A stretch of DNA of 64,000 nucleotides, from NCBI RefSeq assembly GCF_001194135.2, contig NC_069001.1, positions 29,376,699 through 29,440,698 on the forward strand, given 5' to 3'. Positions 41,585 through 54,726 of the stretch are shown here, one piece after another. Origin of the DNA: Octopus bimaculoides. Its lineage: Eukaryota. The notes under the pieces are model-generated. The model was not told where the DNA came from. It ran no database searches and was given only the letters and a program-made list of their open reading frames with translations. The translations under genes and the position numbers were made by a program. The stretch's first letter is position 1. Each line of letters opens with the position of its first letter.

Positions 41585-41795
41585 CTTTCTACCGTTGGCA
41601 CAAAGTCTGAAATTTCGTGTTGGGTATGGTCCCCAGTCTTAAGCGGAATTTAAAGTCAGAAGTAATAAGACGAAAGGCCGCTATGCATATTGCCCCGCGT
41701 GCTTACGATTCTACCATTTCGATACTTTAATAATAATCATGATGAGGATGATAACAACATCATCTACAACTACAATAATAATAATAATAATAATG

Positions 41796-41852
<57 letters not shown>

Positions 41853-42000
41853 TCAACAACAACACAATAGCAAAAATCATGATAATGATGATTATAATGG
41901 TTTCAAATTTAGGCACAAGGCCAGCAATGACGGGGAGGAGTAAATAGATTACACTGAAATGGTATTTGAAACGTTAAAATGAAATGTCGACCCCTGCGGA
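41585..42000 (-). mobile_element. Two decayed SINE pieces flanking a (TAA)n array (about 41775-41850)
   Basis: ttggcacaaagtctg...gcggaattt and gtttcaaatttaggcacaaggccagc are family motifs. Confidence 0.55.
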
Positions 42001-43214
42001 ACTATAATAAAGTCTCAAAATTGTGGGATGGTGCTGAGACGTGATGTAGATCACATAATAGAAGATATTTTAATAAAGAGAGTAAGAAATATTTCTATAA
42101 TACGTATTTAATAGAGAGAGGTAGATTTGATAAAACAGTAAACATTGACTATCGACATAGTTCATCATGGAATTTGGGGCTTCAAACAAGTACAGAGAGA
42201 GAGGGGGGATGGACTGGAAGCGTGGAAGAAAGAGATTAACAGAGACATTACTTCGTAGCTCGACCCCCGAGAATATTGCAGCATGGTGTTACATTAAAAA
42301 AATGTAGGAAATTAGATTTTAAGACTTTCAACATATCTGGTTATATGCCTGATACAGAGACCAGAGCTACAGCTAAATAATACCGAAACGTAGAAATAAC
42401 AACCCCAATTGTATTTCTTCCGTATATACCATTGACTTCATTGTGTCTACTTATTTCCTATTTAAAACATAGAATCATGCGAAGAAAAATTACGTAATTG
42501 TGACATGTGTTTGTATATTTTGTCGACACTCTACGACACCTACCTATCATTAAATGCAAGCAATATGTTAATGCTACTCGGAAATTGTGTTCCTCTAAGC
42601 AATTCTTCCACACCCATTTGTATTTAATGATATATTTTGTTTCTAAAGCTTGTACAGAGTTGAATAGAATCCTACTATGATTAAGAAAGAACAAAATAAC
42701 GCAATCTATTGATCGTTATCTGTGTAAACAGCAGGCTATTCTGTGTAAGATTCATTGATAAAGAAACATAGAAGCTTTCACAGTGATACGCAGGAAGAAA
42801 TAACAAAAATACCGCTTCGAAACTTTGCAGAGTGGCTGCTAAAAGAATCATGTTTAAATAGGAAACTAATGCCATATCCCCTCTTTCTGTATTGTACAAA
42901 CTATATTCGACATAGCGATTACATACACCAGCAGATCAGAAATGTACGACATTACGTACTTGAAGATATGTTGTAACAAGGCTCTATACCTATCATTGTA
43001 ATCATTAGGTGAGATAATGTCTTTTTTTTTTTATTATATTCGTCTCTTTATTGCGTTTTCAGCTGCAAGTCATTCAGAAGAGGGAGCAATCATGAATGTA
43101 GAGCACAGAAAGAAGCTTTACGTACAACAGTTCGACTCAAATCAGAAATAAATAGTTCAATATTAAATCATGCACTAGCTGACCCATAGTGTAGCTAATG
43201 GTAAGTGTCAAACA

Positions 43215-43371
43215 TGCAGGCGGGGTTAAGAAACTCGCTTTACAATCACGTCGTTTCGAGTTCGTTCTGAATGTGCGACACATTGAGCTAATGAGTTCTA
43301 CTAATATACCGGGTTGTCAAGCCAAAGATACATGAGTGAATTTAGTTCACAGGAAGTCTGTAGGAGAACGT

Positions 43372-43385
<14 letters not shown>
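43215..43385 (+). mobile_element. Decayed SINE head followed by (TA)n
   Basis: Weak but collinear match to the head at 60524. Confidence 0.5.
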
Positions 43386-43414
<29 letters not shown>

Positions 43415-44034
43415 GTATATGCATAGGTATGTTCGTTAAAGTATGCTATTGAGTGAATATGCATATGGATGTCTGAACGTGTGAACAAACGCACACATCT
43501 ATGGGAAGGAAATTGTCGGGTTACCTATGATATATAGACGCATACAGAGACAGAGAGAGAGGGAGATTAACTTCTTATATCTGAACGGTTAATTCTTCCA
43601 AGTAACAGTATACTTACGTTATTCACATCGTTAATGTATTATTGTTATTTTAATATCGAACACTGTTACTCGGTATAGTTAATCATCTATTTTATTATGA
43701 AATCTTTTCCTCGCTACTGCTTACTTCTTTTTTTATCTCTATATGAATTTTACTTTTTTCTCTAATAAATTTTCCTTTTTTCGCTTTCACACGTCACACC
43801 AATTTCATCGTGATTATTTTTTTTTCCATATGTGTATCATTGTCATCGCTAAATTACTCCCAGTGCATATTACACACATCTACACATATATAGGTATATA
43901 GTTACGTTACTAATGCAATATCTAATAATTTCATATTACACCATTTTCTTTATATTGATTCTTAAATTAATCCTTCCGGCAATCGAACGGTGTCTCGAAT
44001 CATAGCTACCATAGTGATACATACATACATACAT

Positions 44035-44036
<2 letters not shown>

Positions 44037-44091
<55 letters not shown>
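44037..44091. repeat. (TG)n microsatellite
   Basis: Direct reading. Confidence 0.98.
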
Positions 44092-44095
<4 letters not shown>

Positions 44096-44983
44096 ATATA
44101 TCAAATATATACAATTTAAATGTATTACATATTCGAGTATATCTGATTTTATTAACCAGGTTATAAGAGTTCAGGAAATTAACTTTCTTCTACAATCCAA
44201 TGATGTATGTATTCATTTTTACAGAGCTTCGTGTGTGTATATCTGCCTATCAAATAAATAGGCCTCCGAAACAATTAACTAAACGCTTCTAAACTCCCAT
44301 GAATTTATACATAACTGTATTGGTGTATATTGTATAAATTGTAACTCACTTCCATTTTTGACGGATTTTTTTTTTTTTGCAATTCACGATGTGCTTCTAT
44401 TTTGGGATTTTCTGTAATGGTATAGCACGGAAATGAAGGTATTCACTATACTTGAAGTTGTTGATCAAACTAAATTTCACCAATATGACTTGTACTCTCT
44501 GCAGAGTTCAACTTTTGATTTCTGAATATTTAGGAAAATATTTTTGTTGTGCTTGAATATTTCACTTACTTTCTTAAATGGAATAATGTGCAAACCTCGC
44601 TGAAGATGTTGATAAGATCTTATAATCGTTACAAATTTATTTCAAGTGTTTTAAATGTTTCCAGTCTCCTTTTAGGTTACTATAAACTATCTAAACTTGG
44701 TTACTCTACATGTTTCTAAACTTCACCCTAAATGTTCAATAATATTGAGATCTGGTGGCCAGAAAAGATGTTCAACTTCACTAGAATGTTCCTCGTGCCA
44801 TTCAGTAACAAATTGAGTTGTGTGAATGTGTGCATTACCATCCTAGAATATTGCGTTTCCCTCCGGAAACAGTTCCGCAAACATACGATGAATTTCATCA
44901 GATAAAATGCTTAAATAGTTTAATTCTACCATGAAGGGAAACCATTGGGCCGGCGGATTTCCAAGATATACGCCCCCAGATCT

Positions 44984-45242
44984 TATATTAAATGTTTATA
45001 TCAATTGTTGTTTATATAGTACCTGATAAATAAGGAGTTTCGCATCAACTAGTCTTCGTTCGTGAATAACATGATGGCTTGCGACACTTGTAGCGCATTA
45101 AACCAATGAAGACCACATTTTCCCAATGAGTCCACAACGGATAATATACGGTATATATTGATGCTACGAAAGGTTCAATATATATATATATATATGTATA
45201 CACGTATATATATNNNNNNNNNNNNNNNNNNNNNNNNNNNNN

Positions 45243-45273
<31 letters not shown>

Positions 45274-45465
45274 AACCTTTCGTAGCATCAATATATACCG
45301 TATATTATCCGTTGTGGACTCATTGGGAAAATGTGGTCTTCATTGGTTTAATGCGCTACAAGTGTCGCAAACCATCATGTTATTCACGAACGAAGACTAG
45401 TTGATGCGAAACTCCTTATTTATCAGGTACTATATAAACGACAATTGATATAAACATTTAATATA
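44984..45465. repeat. Inverted repeat of about 195-bp unique arms centred on (TA)n and a 29-N gap
   Basis: 44984-45178 is the reverse complement of 45271-45465 with 2 mismatches. Confidence 0.95.
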
Positions 45466-46446
45466 GGCAAAATTCATAGCGCACTACAGTAAGAAAAGGA
45501 ATATTAAAATCCGGTGATAGTAACTGTACTGTACACGTTCGCATAGCAGCACAAGTCATTATATGTGTTAAAGATGAGACGGAAAAGGTAGGGAAATCCT
45601 GATGTATATGTAATTCCTACAAGAAACACATACGAAAATAGAAGAAAAATTTAATTGAATTTAATTTAATTTCATTCTGGAATGTATTTTAAAACCAAAT
45701 GATGATGCTGTCACTTTTATAACAGTAGTAAGGATGTGGATAGTTTTGATGAAGATGATGATAGAGGTATTGACGAAAATGGGGACGATGGTACTGACGT
45801 AAAACAACAGGGAACGTCAGATATGAAATTTAAGTACATTCACGGGGTAGGTGCGTTCAGAGAAGAGCATCAAGTGAATGACAATGCCAACAATAAAGGA
45901 AGAAAAGAATATTAAAGAAAAAAGTGATGACCTGAGAGTCGAAATAGATCAAAGATCAGTCATAAAAGCCTCCAATTATATCTACTTAGGTCACAAGCCA
46001 TCCAATCTCAAGGCGTTAGTTCTTAATGTCCTACTCTCAGCAATACCTTTTCGCAATCGCTAAAAAATGTATTGACAAATAGGAGACGATGGTGGAGAAT
46101 AAATATACAGGATGTTTCTAGCTTCTGTTGACTGAAGTGTAGTTCTATCGAGTTTCAATGTTGTATATATATATATATATATATATACTGTTCCTCTTGT
46201 CTAAACGTGTCGTTAAATGTTGCTATTTAAGAAAACGATTTTATAGTTTTATAGCTTCACCATTCCGTAGGAACTTTTACTACACTTTGACAATTTTTGA
46301 TATCTTGGCATCTCAAGCAGCTGGAGATAGGATATTTTGATTACAAGGACAGGCAGATGCAAGCAAGAATAAATATTGACAAACATGCATTTGGACATAC
46401 GATTGTTTAACATAATAGTAATGATATTTGTGTGTGTGTGTGTGTG

Positions 46447-46660
46447 TGGAAGCGCAATGGCCCAGTGGTCAGGACAGCGGATCTCGCGATTCTAGGATCG
46501 CGGTTTCGATTCCCAGATCGGGTGTTATGTGTGTTTACTGTGGGGAAAACACCTAAAGCTCCTTAACGAAGTTCTCGGAGAAGTACAGCGTGACACAGAG
46601 TGTGACAAAGCAGGCCTTTTGAAATACAGGTACACCAGAACTAGGAAGAAAGAATGACAG
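46447..46660 (+). mobile_element. tRNA-derived SINE
   Basis: A-box tggcccagtggtcagg and B-box ggtttcgattccc; head matches 1785-1850. Confidence 0.75.
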
Positions 46661-46742
46661 ATTGTACTGATTCCTATATGCAGTCAAATATATTCTCAGT
46701 AAATTCTTTCTAAATCACTCTGAAATCACAATCTACTCAGCC

Positions 46743-47010
46743 AGCAGTTCTATATTTAAGAAATGAGGAATTATGTACATTATTTACATTTGACGGATAT
46801 TTGTCCTAATCTTGATTGTTGTTGACACAAAGTTTCGGATGATAAACCCTCCAGTATTCATCAGGTGTCTTGGGGATATTTCGAACCTGGGTTTTCCTTC
46901 TCAAGGTATTTTTTCGATGTTATTATTATTAGTATTATTATTAGTATTATTATTCAGATCACTGCCTGGAATCGAACTTGGAATCTTGTGGTTAGTAGCC
47001 CTCGCTGTCA
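46743..47010 (-). mobile_element. Penelope-associated short unit: partial tRNA-like head, (AAT)n, pLTR-like segment
   Basis: Shares ggtatttttcgat..attattattcag..gaatcttg..ttagtagccc with 61915-61985, which lies directly downstream of a GIY-YIG ORF. It contains a hammerhead-like motif. Confidence 0.7.
46824..46869 (-). ncRNA. Decayed type I hammerhead ribozyme motif
   Basis: Minus strand gacac-CTGATGA-atactggagggtttatcatcc-GAAAC-ttt-gtgtc. Stem I (gacac/gtgtc) is perfect and both core boxes are exact; stem II and stem III are imperfect. Confidence 0.6.
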
Positions 47011-47479
47011 ATGATATGGTTTTAGGTAGTTCCTGCAGTTCTGAAGGAACACTGTATTGTTTCAGTATAGCTCAGTGATTGATGGGTTATATATGAACAA
47101 CAACAGTGAAAGTTATAATATTTGCATGTAGTACACTTCAGTGAGCAAACGAAACAGAGAGAAATTAAATGATCTGTCATAGCACTGAAAAAAAGATAAA
47201 CTTAAGCTTGTACGTTGATGATTATCTAGAAATACTTGCATTCATCTTCAGGGGAGTATTTGCGTATTTCTTCAACATAGAAAATGAAGCAATAGGATCT
47301 ACCTACAACCATACAGCACCGTCTTAGGAAAGAACGTATTGGATAATACGGTAGTGATTTTCTTGCACATAGAAGAATGAGGTAGTCACTGCGGAATACT
47401 TTGCTCGTTCGAAGCCTACATTTGGCCATAAGATATATACAATACAGTAATATAAAGAAAGCTAAGGCTGTGATCTGCT

Positions 47480-47665
47480 ACACTCGATAGCAGGCTGGGC
47501 AAAACACATAGCCGCATTTCATCCGTTCTTACATTATGAATTCAAGTTCCAGCGAGGTCGACTATGCTCTTCCGATAAAAGAAGTACCAGTTGAATGCTG
47601 GAGACGATGATATCGACTTACTCCTCCTCCGAAATTGCTGCCCTCGTGTGTCAAAATTCAGAACT
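47480..47665 (+). mobile_element. Decayed SINE
   Basis: aattcaagttccagcgaggtcgact...gaagtaccagttgaatgctgg...gaaattgctg are family motifs. Confidence 0.7.
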
Positions 47666-48237
47666 AAGATAACGAAAGCTAGATGTGATAATGCTTTTCT
47701 TATACTGTTCACGTCGTCCGGTTAAGATAACAAAGGACCCAAAAAAACCCAAAAACAATTCTCCTAAAACTATATGCAGACAAAGAACTCGGTAACATGG
47801 ATAGAATCACACGAAATGAAAATCTCCACATCATTTTTTTGTCACTTATCATTATTGGCGGAGGACACAAGGCGTTTCATAATTTCAGCCCTCTCATATT
47901 ATACATGTTTATAGACTTCACGATGAACGGCTTTGTTTGACACAAGGTGATGGTGTAGTAATGTTGATGTTGCAGATCGATGGCTTTTAGACAAAGTTCG
48001 TTTCCCTATTCTGAGGTCTCTTTCTGGGAGTTTTGATTTCAATCCGCAATTACGATTGCAAGCGCTAGTTTTATCATAGTTTTGGAATGCCAGAATGATT
48101 TTAGAGAATGCGCGTCTAAAAGATAGATCGCACATCTTGCGTTATTTTTATGAAATATCTGCAGAAAAGGCAAAAACTCAGATCGATATTGTATAATGTA
48201 AATGTTACTGTCCCTCCACCCATATATATATGTACAT

Positions 48238-48239
<2 letters not shown>

Positions 48240-48311
<72 letters not shown>

Positions 48312-48355
48312 GGCTGACTGGCTTGCTGACTGGATGGATGGATGGATGGATAGAT
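48240..48355. repeat. (GATA)n grading into (GATG)n
   Basis: Direct reading. Confidence 0.97.
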
Positions 48356-49489
48356 GAATGAATCGATCCAAAAATAGCAATAGGCTGAGGTTTACTACAG
48401 CTCTTTGTGTTCTTGACTGATGAACAAAACAATGACATCATGTGAAAACAAAATCGTATTCGTCAACTCAACTAACAATAGACTTTAAAAGTTAGTACTT
48501 TTCACAAAAATATATATAAAGTGTAATGACCCTCTCATCACGGTTACAACCGAGAAAGTGAATCTATAAAGATAGGTTGAAAGCTAGCTAGCTAGATAGA
48601 TAGATGAATGGATAAATAGATAGATGGATGAGAATAGATTTGAAAATGTCATAGAGATAATAAAAAAAAACATAGCGAAATAACATTGGTGTTTACGTTA
48701 TTTTATCCATCATTTGTATATACATGTATACGCTATCATTATAACTATATGTAATTGTGCGTATGTATTAAGGTACCGTTGTATGAGGGAAAATATTAAA
48801 AAAAAAACCAACCGGTATAAACATGCATGAATCACAACAGCTTAATCACGCATAAATGCCAAATCACAGTGATTTATTACAGGAAAACATTATTCCGTTT
48901 CGATCAAAGAGAGATTTCAATCACCTGAAATATTTGCTTCCTAGAAATATGATGTTGAATTCTACGAAAGCATGCAGGAAATTTTAAGTACTTCCCATCT
49001 TTAGATTTCAACCTCTGCATTCTTTATCGCATTAGTCAATGGAATGTTGTGGGCTCAGTATTTGAACTGTTGCTTCATTTTCTATTCATCAGAACATCAA
49101 ATATTGCTTCATTCCCTCCTCGTATGTATTCAAATCAATCTAAAGCCTTCTATGAAATAGATTGCCCTTCCAAAAAATCGCACGAACAATGTGTGTATAT
49201 AATATTAATATTATTAATATAGTATTATTGTTATGGCTAAATAAAGAAAAGAGAGAAAAATAGATGTATAATACTTCCGTATGGATAACAGTCCCCATCC
49301 CTTTTTTTTTTGTTTTCATTAATATGGAAAGTAATATTAATGCAACAATAATGATGGATTCACCCGTCGAAGACGATCTATAGGTGTTCAGATTTTGCCT
49401 AGCGAGATGCCAAACAGATTTGTTTATAGTGTTCAAATATACGTGCTGTACATTAGCTTGCTCCCTTCGTCGGATTAACGTTGATTGAG

Positions 49490-49654
49490 TAGGTGCTAAG
49501 TGTACCACGAGCGAGCCAGCTGTCGAAGGGATCGCAGAGCAGCGTGAGATAATGTGTTTTCCTCAAGAATCCAATGTCCCACCTTGTTTATGAATAGAAA
49601 CCGTAATCTCATGATCGTGTCGTCAGAAACTCCAACCACTCGGTAATATACCCT

Positions 49655-49697
<43 letters not shown>

Positions 49698-49880
49698 CTG
49701 TTCTGCTAAACACATTGGGGCTGAATTTAGGTGAGGATGGACTAGTCGATTACATCGAATTCAATGTTTCACTGGTACTTGATTTATCGACCACGAAAGG
49801 ACGAACGGCAAAGTTGACCTTGGCGGAATTAGAATTCAGAACGTAGCGACGTGTGAAATAACGCTAAGCATTTCGTTATT
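49490..49880 (-). mobile_element. Two minus-strand SINEs separated by (TAA)n (about 49490-49655 and 49700-49880)
   Basis: The second copy has gtcgattacatcga...ctggtactt...ggcaaagttgaccttggcggaatt...cagaacgta. The first has a tRNA-like end. Confidence 0.7.
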
Positions 49881-50086
49881 AGAAATATCATAACATTATT
49901 AGTCACGCTATCGTTATGGAATACAGGAAAAATACAATATTTTGTTAAACAGCTTAAGAATTCAGTGACGATGGTAAACAATATAATAGGTTCATACATT
50001 CCATAATCCAAGAATGTGGGATCATATCGTGTGCCTTACGATAATCGTTCCATGACAGGGCTAAGTTCGTTTTCCTTCTCTTGCAG

Positions 50087-50165
50087 TCTCTAAGTACAGT
50101 TTTGTCTGGCAGGAGTTAAACTTTGGTACCTATGCACTTACGCTTGTAACCCTTCTGCTCATGTG
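50087..50165 (+). CDS. Candidate internal coding exon (79 nt, hydrophobic peptide), unverified
   Basis: Strong acceptor gttttccttctcttgcag and donor GTG|gtatgt. Only one frame is open: SKYSFVWQELNFGTYALTLVTLLLM. No homolog recognised. Confidence 0.25.
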
Positions 50166-51797
50166 GTATGTCCAAATGTACACCAACAAATTAATTATCA
50201 ATGTACATTATTATCATTCAAAGCTGTCTTTTGAGCATCTCATTATCATCATTATTATTATTGTTGTTCTTGTTATTGACACAATTTGCTTTATGAGTGA
50301 CTAGTGACGAGGAATGTGTTCTCTATAGAAATGTCAAGCGCCGAAGACAGTGGGTAGGGAAAGGAGAAACTCTGCACCCCAGTCTAAAGTAAGCCTTCAC
50401 CCAGCTAGCACAAATGATTAAACCTGTAACGGACCGACGTCCTGTTGAGGTGGGAATGAATACGCCATGGAAACTGGGAAAACGGCCCTTAAGAGACGGC
50501 ATGATGCGAGAAAGAAACTTTACTATTTACACTAACATGTAAATGTGATGTCATGTACCTTCGATGATGTATCTCAAGGTTTCTACTTTGCCACACTCAA
50601 CAATACACATGACTCGTACTGCTTTGTGGTCAATTGATGTGAGAAGGATTTGTACATTTAGGTGATTCCACAAGAACAGACATCGCCAAGTGTTAACTTT
50701 TCATTTAACGCTCTTATTGCGGTCATAAATGACAGATAATTATGAGTGACTGATTACGCGTAAGGACGCAGAAAAGGATGCAACCTGCGGTCCGGTGACA
50801 CTATTCATAATTTAGTGGTTTGTTTACAACCTCAATGCTTATAAAGTGAATGTCATCTCTCGAGACAAAGCTGAGAAGCGGATTGTCTTTCGATGTCCCA
50901 AAGTACACGAACAAAATATTTACCACTGTACATCACTATCATTCAAAGCTGCTTTGTGAGCCTATCATCAATACTCTCTCTCTCACACACACACGTGCAT
51001 CAATGAACACATAGACAAACACACGCATACACATGAACACACTCACAGATGTATAACCACACTCAGCCACGCATATTTATATTTATAAATAGATTTTAGT
51101 TGCGTGAGCTAGATAATAATTCGCGTTGCGTCATTATGTTGGGTGGTGTTCGTATTATGCTTTGTGCAGCCTATGTTATTTTATTAGGCAAATATTTTGT
51201 ATGGTGTCAGTAGTGTACATTGAATATGTTAATTCCGTATTGAAGTCACTTTGGGGACGTAAAATTGTGTTTGCATAACACATCAGATTTGCTTGATTAT
51301 ATTTGTCAATATAACCATAATTATTAATATTTTCATTCGATGTGAGCGGTCACGACTTACAGCAGTCCGCCTAGAAGATATCTTCTTCAAAGATTAGCAT
51401 GTAAAAATTTGACTTCTTTTTGCCTGTTCTTTTATCGTTGTACACATTTCTGTAACATTTCAGAAACGTCGTCATTTCCTGATTGAAATGATAATGTCCT
51501 TCTTTATGAATTCTCAGACATGTTTACACATTTTGATGTGCATCAATTTGCAGTAGTTACACGTAAGCAAGACAGTTGCCTTAGAAATCACAGGAGGGTG
51601 AGCTCATCACATTGGTTAAGGTCAAAATTCGGATACAGTAATTTCAAAATTATTTATTAAACATACAGTGAGCTTCGAGGATAGTTACATACATAAGCAA
51701 AGATACTAATAGTACGGTGTTGAAAATAGAAAGGAAAACAGACTGAAAATACTACCAGTATCAAAAGCATTTCATTGTGCATTAGTATTAGAATTTA

Positions 51798-52226
51798 AAA
51801 GGCGGTGAGCTGGCAGAAACGTTAGTACGCCGAACGAAATGCTTAGCGGTATATCGTCCGCCGTTACGTTCTCAGTTCAAATTCTGCCGAGGTCGACTTT
51901 GCCTTTCATCCTTTCGGGGTTCGATAAATTAAATACCAGTTACGCACTGCGGTCTATGTAATCAACTTAATCCCTTTGTCTGTCCTTGTTTGTCCCCTCT
52001 ATGTTTAGCCCCTCGTGGGCTATAAAGAAATAAGAAACGTTAACACGCCGGACGAAATGCTTAGCGGTATTCCGTCTGTCTTTACGTTCTGCGTTCAAAT
52101 TCCGCCGAGGTCGACTTTATCTTTCAGAGTCGATAAACTAAGTACCAGTTGTGTACTGGAGCCGATATAATCGACTGGCCCCGCCTCCCCAGATATTTCA
52201 GGCCTTGTGCCTAGAAGAGAAATGAA
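51798..52226 (+). mobile_element. Nested or dimeric SINE pair with a 12-bp TSD
   Basis: tattagaattta at 51786-51797 and 52227-52238. Two SINE bodies with different tails; agaaacgtta is repeated at 51815-51824 and 52033-52042. Confidence 0.9.
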
Positions 52227-54688
52227 TATTAGAATTTAGATTTACGGAATCAACGCAAGGACAAAAAGAAAAAAAAAAAAAGGCAAAGTGGATATCAGAT
52301 GGAAGGAGCAGTTGTTCCTCATTGTTTGTCGAATTTATCTGGGAACCGATAATAAGGAACCTGAATACTTTTAATTGCTGAGAAAATTAGCTGGTGACCT
52401 TGTCGTTTGCGTTACGGAGATTCTCGCATTTCGACGGGAGAATGGCATATTGAAATTTTCGTCATGTTTTAAGATGGAAGATGAGGCAAGTAGTGTGACA
52501 AACATTAAATGAAGCTTGATATGCAGTGGACACGTCTAGGGAACAATAGAATCTTAGCGAGATATATTGGCACGAATATGGACTTTTAATTTGTCGACAA
52601 CTACGCGCAAAACTGTGGTAAGTATTGACATAATAACATACGCCGTTAGCAGTGTCTTTGTAAGGGAACAAAACGTCATGTTTTCCGAAAACCGCTAAAT
52701 TAAACTGAAGACATAAAAGAAAGGTGGGAGTGAAAAGAGAGAGAACGAGAAGTAAACCGGTGACACAGGAGACAGTTTTAAAAATCACATGCTACACATT
52801 TGGTGGTAAAGTACAAAACAAGCCCTTACGCCTACAAAACAAAGAAAATCATAGGAAAAATTCTTTTGTCAGCCTTCTAAGTTGGTTGTGAATGAACAAT
52901 TCTATACAATTGCCATCATCTAAAGAGACATTTCCCCCACTTTTTATTGCATCCATGTTCAAGTAAATACGATAAGAGTTGCCGAAGGGTTCTCGAAATT
53001 ACTGGCAAATAAATTTAATTTGAACGGAACTTTCTTTGGAAATTTGACAGTCTATATTGCCAAACGCCTCTATTCCGGTGAAATTGTCAATTAATTTCGT
53101 TTGAAAACGTTTCGTGTATACTGTGAGTACCAATAGTGTTTTGCGTCGAAATATTTTACTTTATACGTGATCTAATATGTTAGAACCTAACGCTTAGATT
53201 AAAGTATATTGTACAGGTATACAGCAACTTAAAAATCAATATCAAATCAGACCCGTTACACTACAATGTTAATAGTAACAATTTATACACATGTTATAAA
53301 AATGTATGTCATACAAATGCAGTCTATTGAAATAACTGGTACATCGTTGAAATAACATCCACAAATTTCAATTTGCATACAGAAAATATATATTTACAAT
53401 TTAAAATCAAGTTGATAACTATACTGAAAATATAGAGTTATAAGATTAAAAATTGCGAAGACGGTAATAAAGAATGGTGCTGCAAAACATGTAAACGGAT
53501 TTCAGCTAATACTGATATCTAAAAGAATGTACGTCGGAAATTGTTAATATTTCGAAACATTCATTACAAATTAAACGAAAGATCGAAATAATGTCCCAGA
53601 CGCACGCATACACATTTAGATGTGCATTATTATTATTATCATTATTACTTTTATAATTATTAATATTATCATCATCATCTTCATCATTATCATTGTTATT
53701 ATTATTATTATTATTTTGTTGTTGCTCTTGTGCTTGTCGTTACTAAATTTTGATTACAACTAACTTATACTTCATGCTTGTCACTCTTTTTAATGTAAAT
53801 CTATTCGTTAATCTTTCAACCTGTGACACTACCGTTATTTATGTGTGTGTGAGAGAGAGAGAGGAGGAGGAGGAGGAGAGTGCCACTTAGACGTCACTCT
53901 GTCTCACACGCACACATATTCACAGAAAATAAATGTATGCATACGTATTTATCAAAGCATACATGACATAACACCCCTTCACACACACACACACACACAC
54001 ACACACATTAATCTATACAAACGTACATAAAAAACACACTAGTGCGTATGTGACTGCCTACAAAAACTTAGAGCTGAACGCGGTGTGCAAGAAGAAAATA
54101 AAAACAGAAATTTTACGGAAATTAACAAAGTGTGCGAGTTCAGAATGAAATGAAAACTGGAGTGAGTGTGTGTGTGTGTGTGTGTGTGGGTGTGGGTGTG
54201 TGTGTGTGGGTGTGAGAGAGAGAAAGAGAGGTGGGGGAGAGACGGAAATAGAATATTACAAACAATGAATGAGGTAAACATGGAATGAAAAAATCGTATA
54301 AATAAAATCGTGTACTTAATATCTAAATTTGTTAACTTCGTAAATATTTCTTTCAGTAATTTATCGTAGTTATTTACAAGTAGCGAACATTAAAATACAG
54401 ACAGAGAATTCGGACTTCGCTGTTTTAAACCTTTTGAGAAACCTTTTCAAGAAGTGAATCATAAATATAAAGCAATATCTTTTTGTATCTAATAAAAAAA
54501 AATAAAAAATGAAAGAATAAAATGAAGACCCGAGGGTAAATTATTCATGCATCACAAGTAGGGAAGTAATTGGTAAAGCCATTTTCACATGAAAAACGAA
54601 TACACACACATCTCCGTTTTATATATTAGATTTCTCTAACTCACTATCAAACAATCTATCAGCCTGTTTCTCGATTTGTGTGTGCCTG

Positions 54689-54726
<38 letters not shown>

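Noticed and set aside
45706-45915. Acidic open frame (DEDDDRGIDENGDDG...)
   Set aside because: It is a degenerate (GAT)n-derived low-complexity tract with no convincing start or splice support.
46447-46525. Genuine tRNA gene (also 1785-1850 and 61960-62005)
   Set aside because: A and B boxes are present but there is no complete cloverleaf, and the sequence continues into repeat bodies.
49091-49119. Other short acceptor-donor pairs (for example here, 23228-23254, 1161-1185, 7719-7799, 30519-30561)
   Set aside because: They occur on both strands at a frequency compatible with chance and do not assemble into a recognisable protein.
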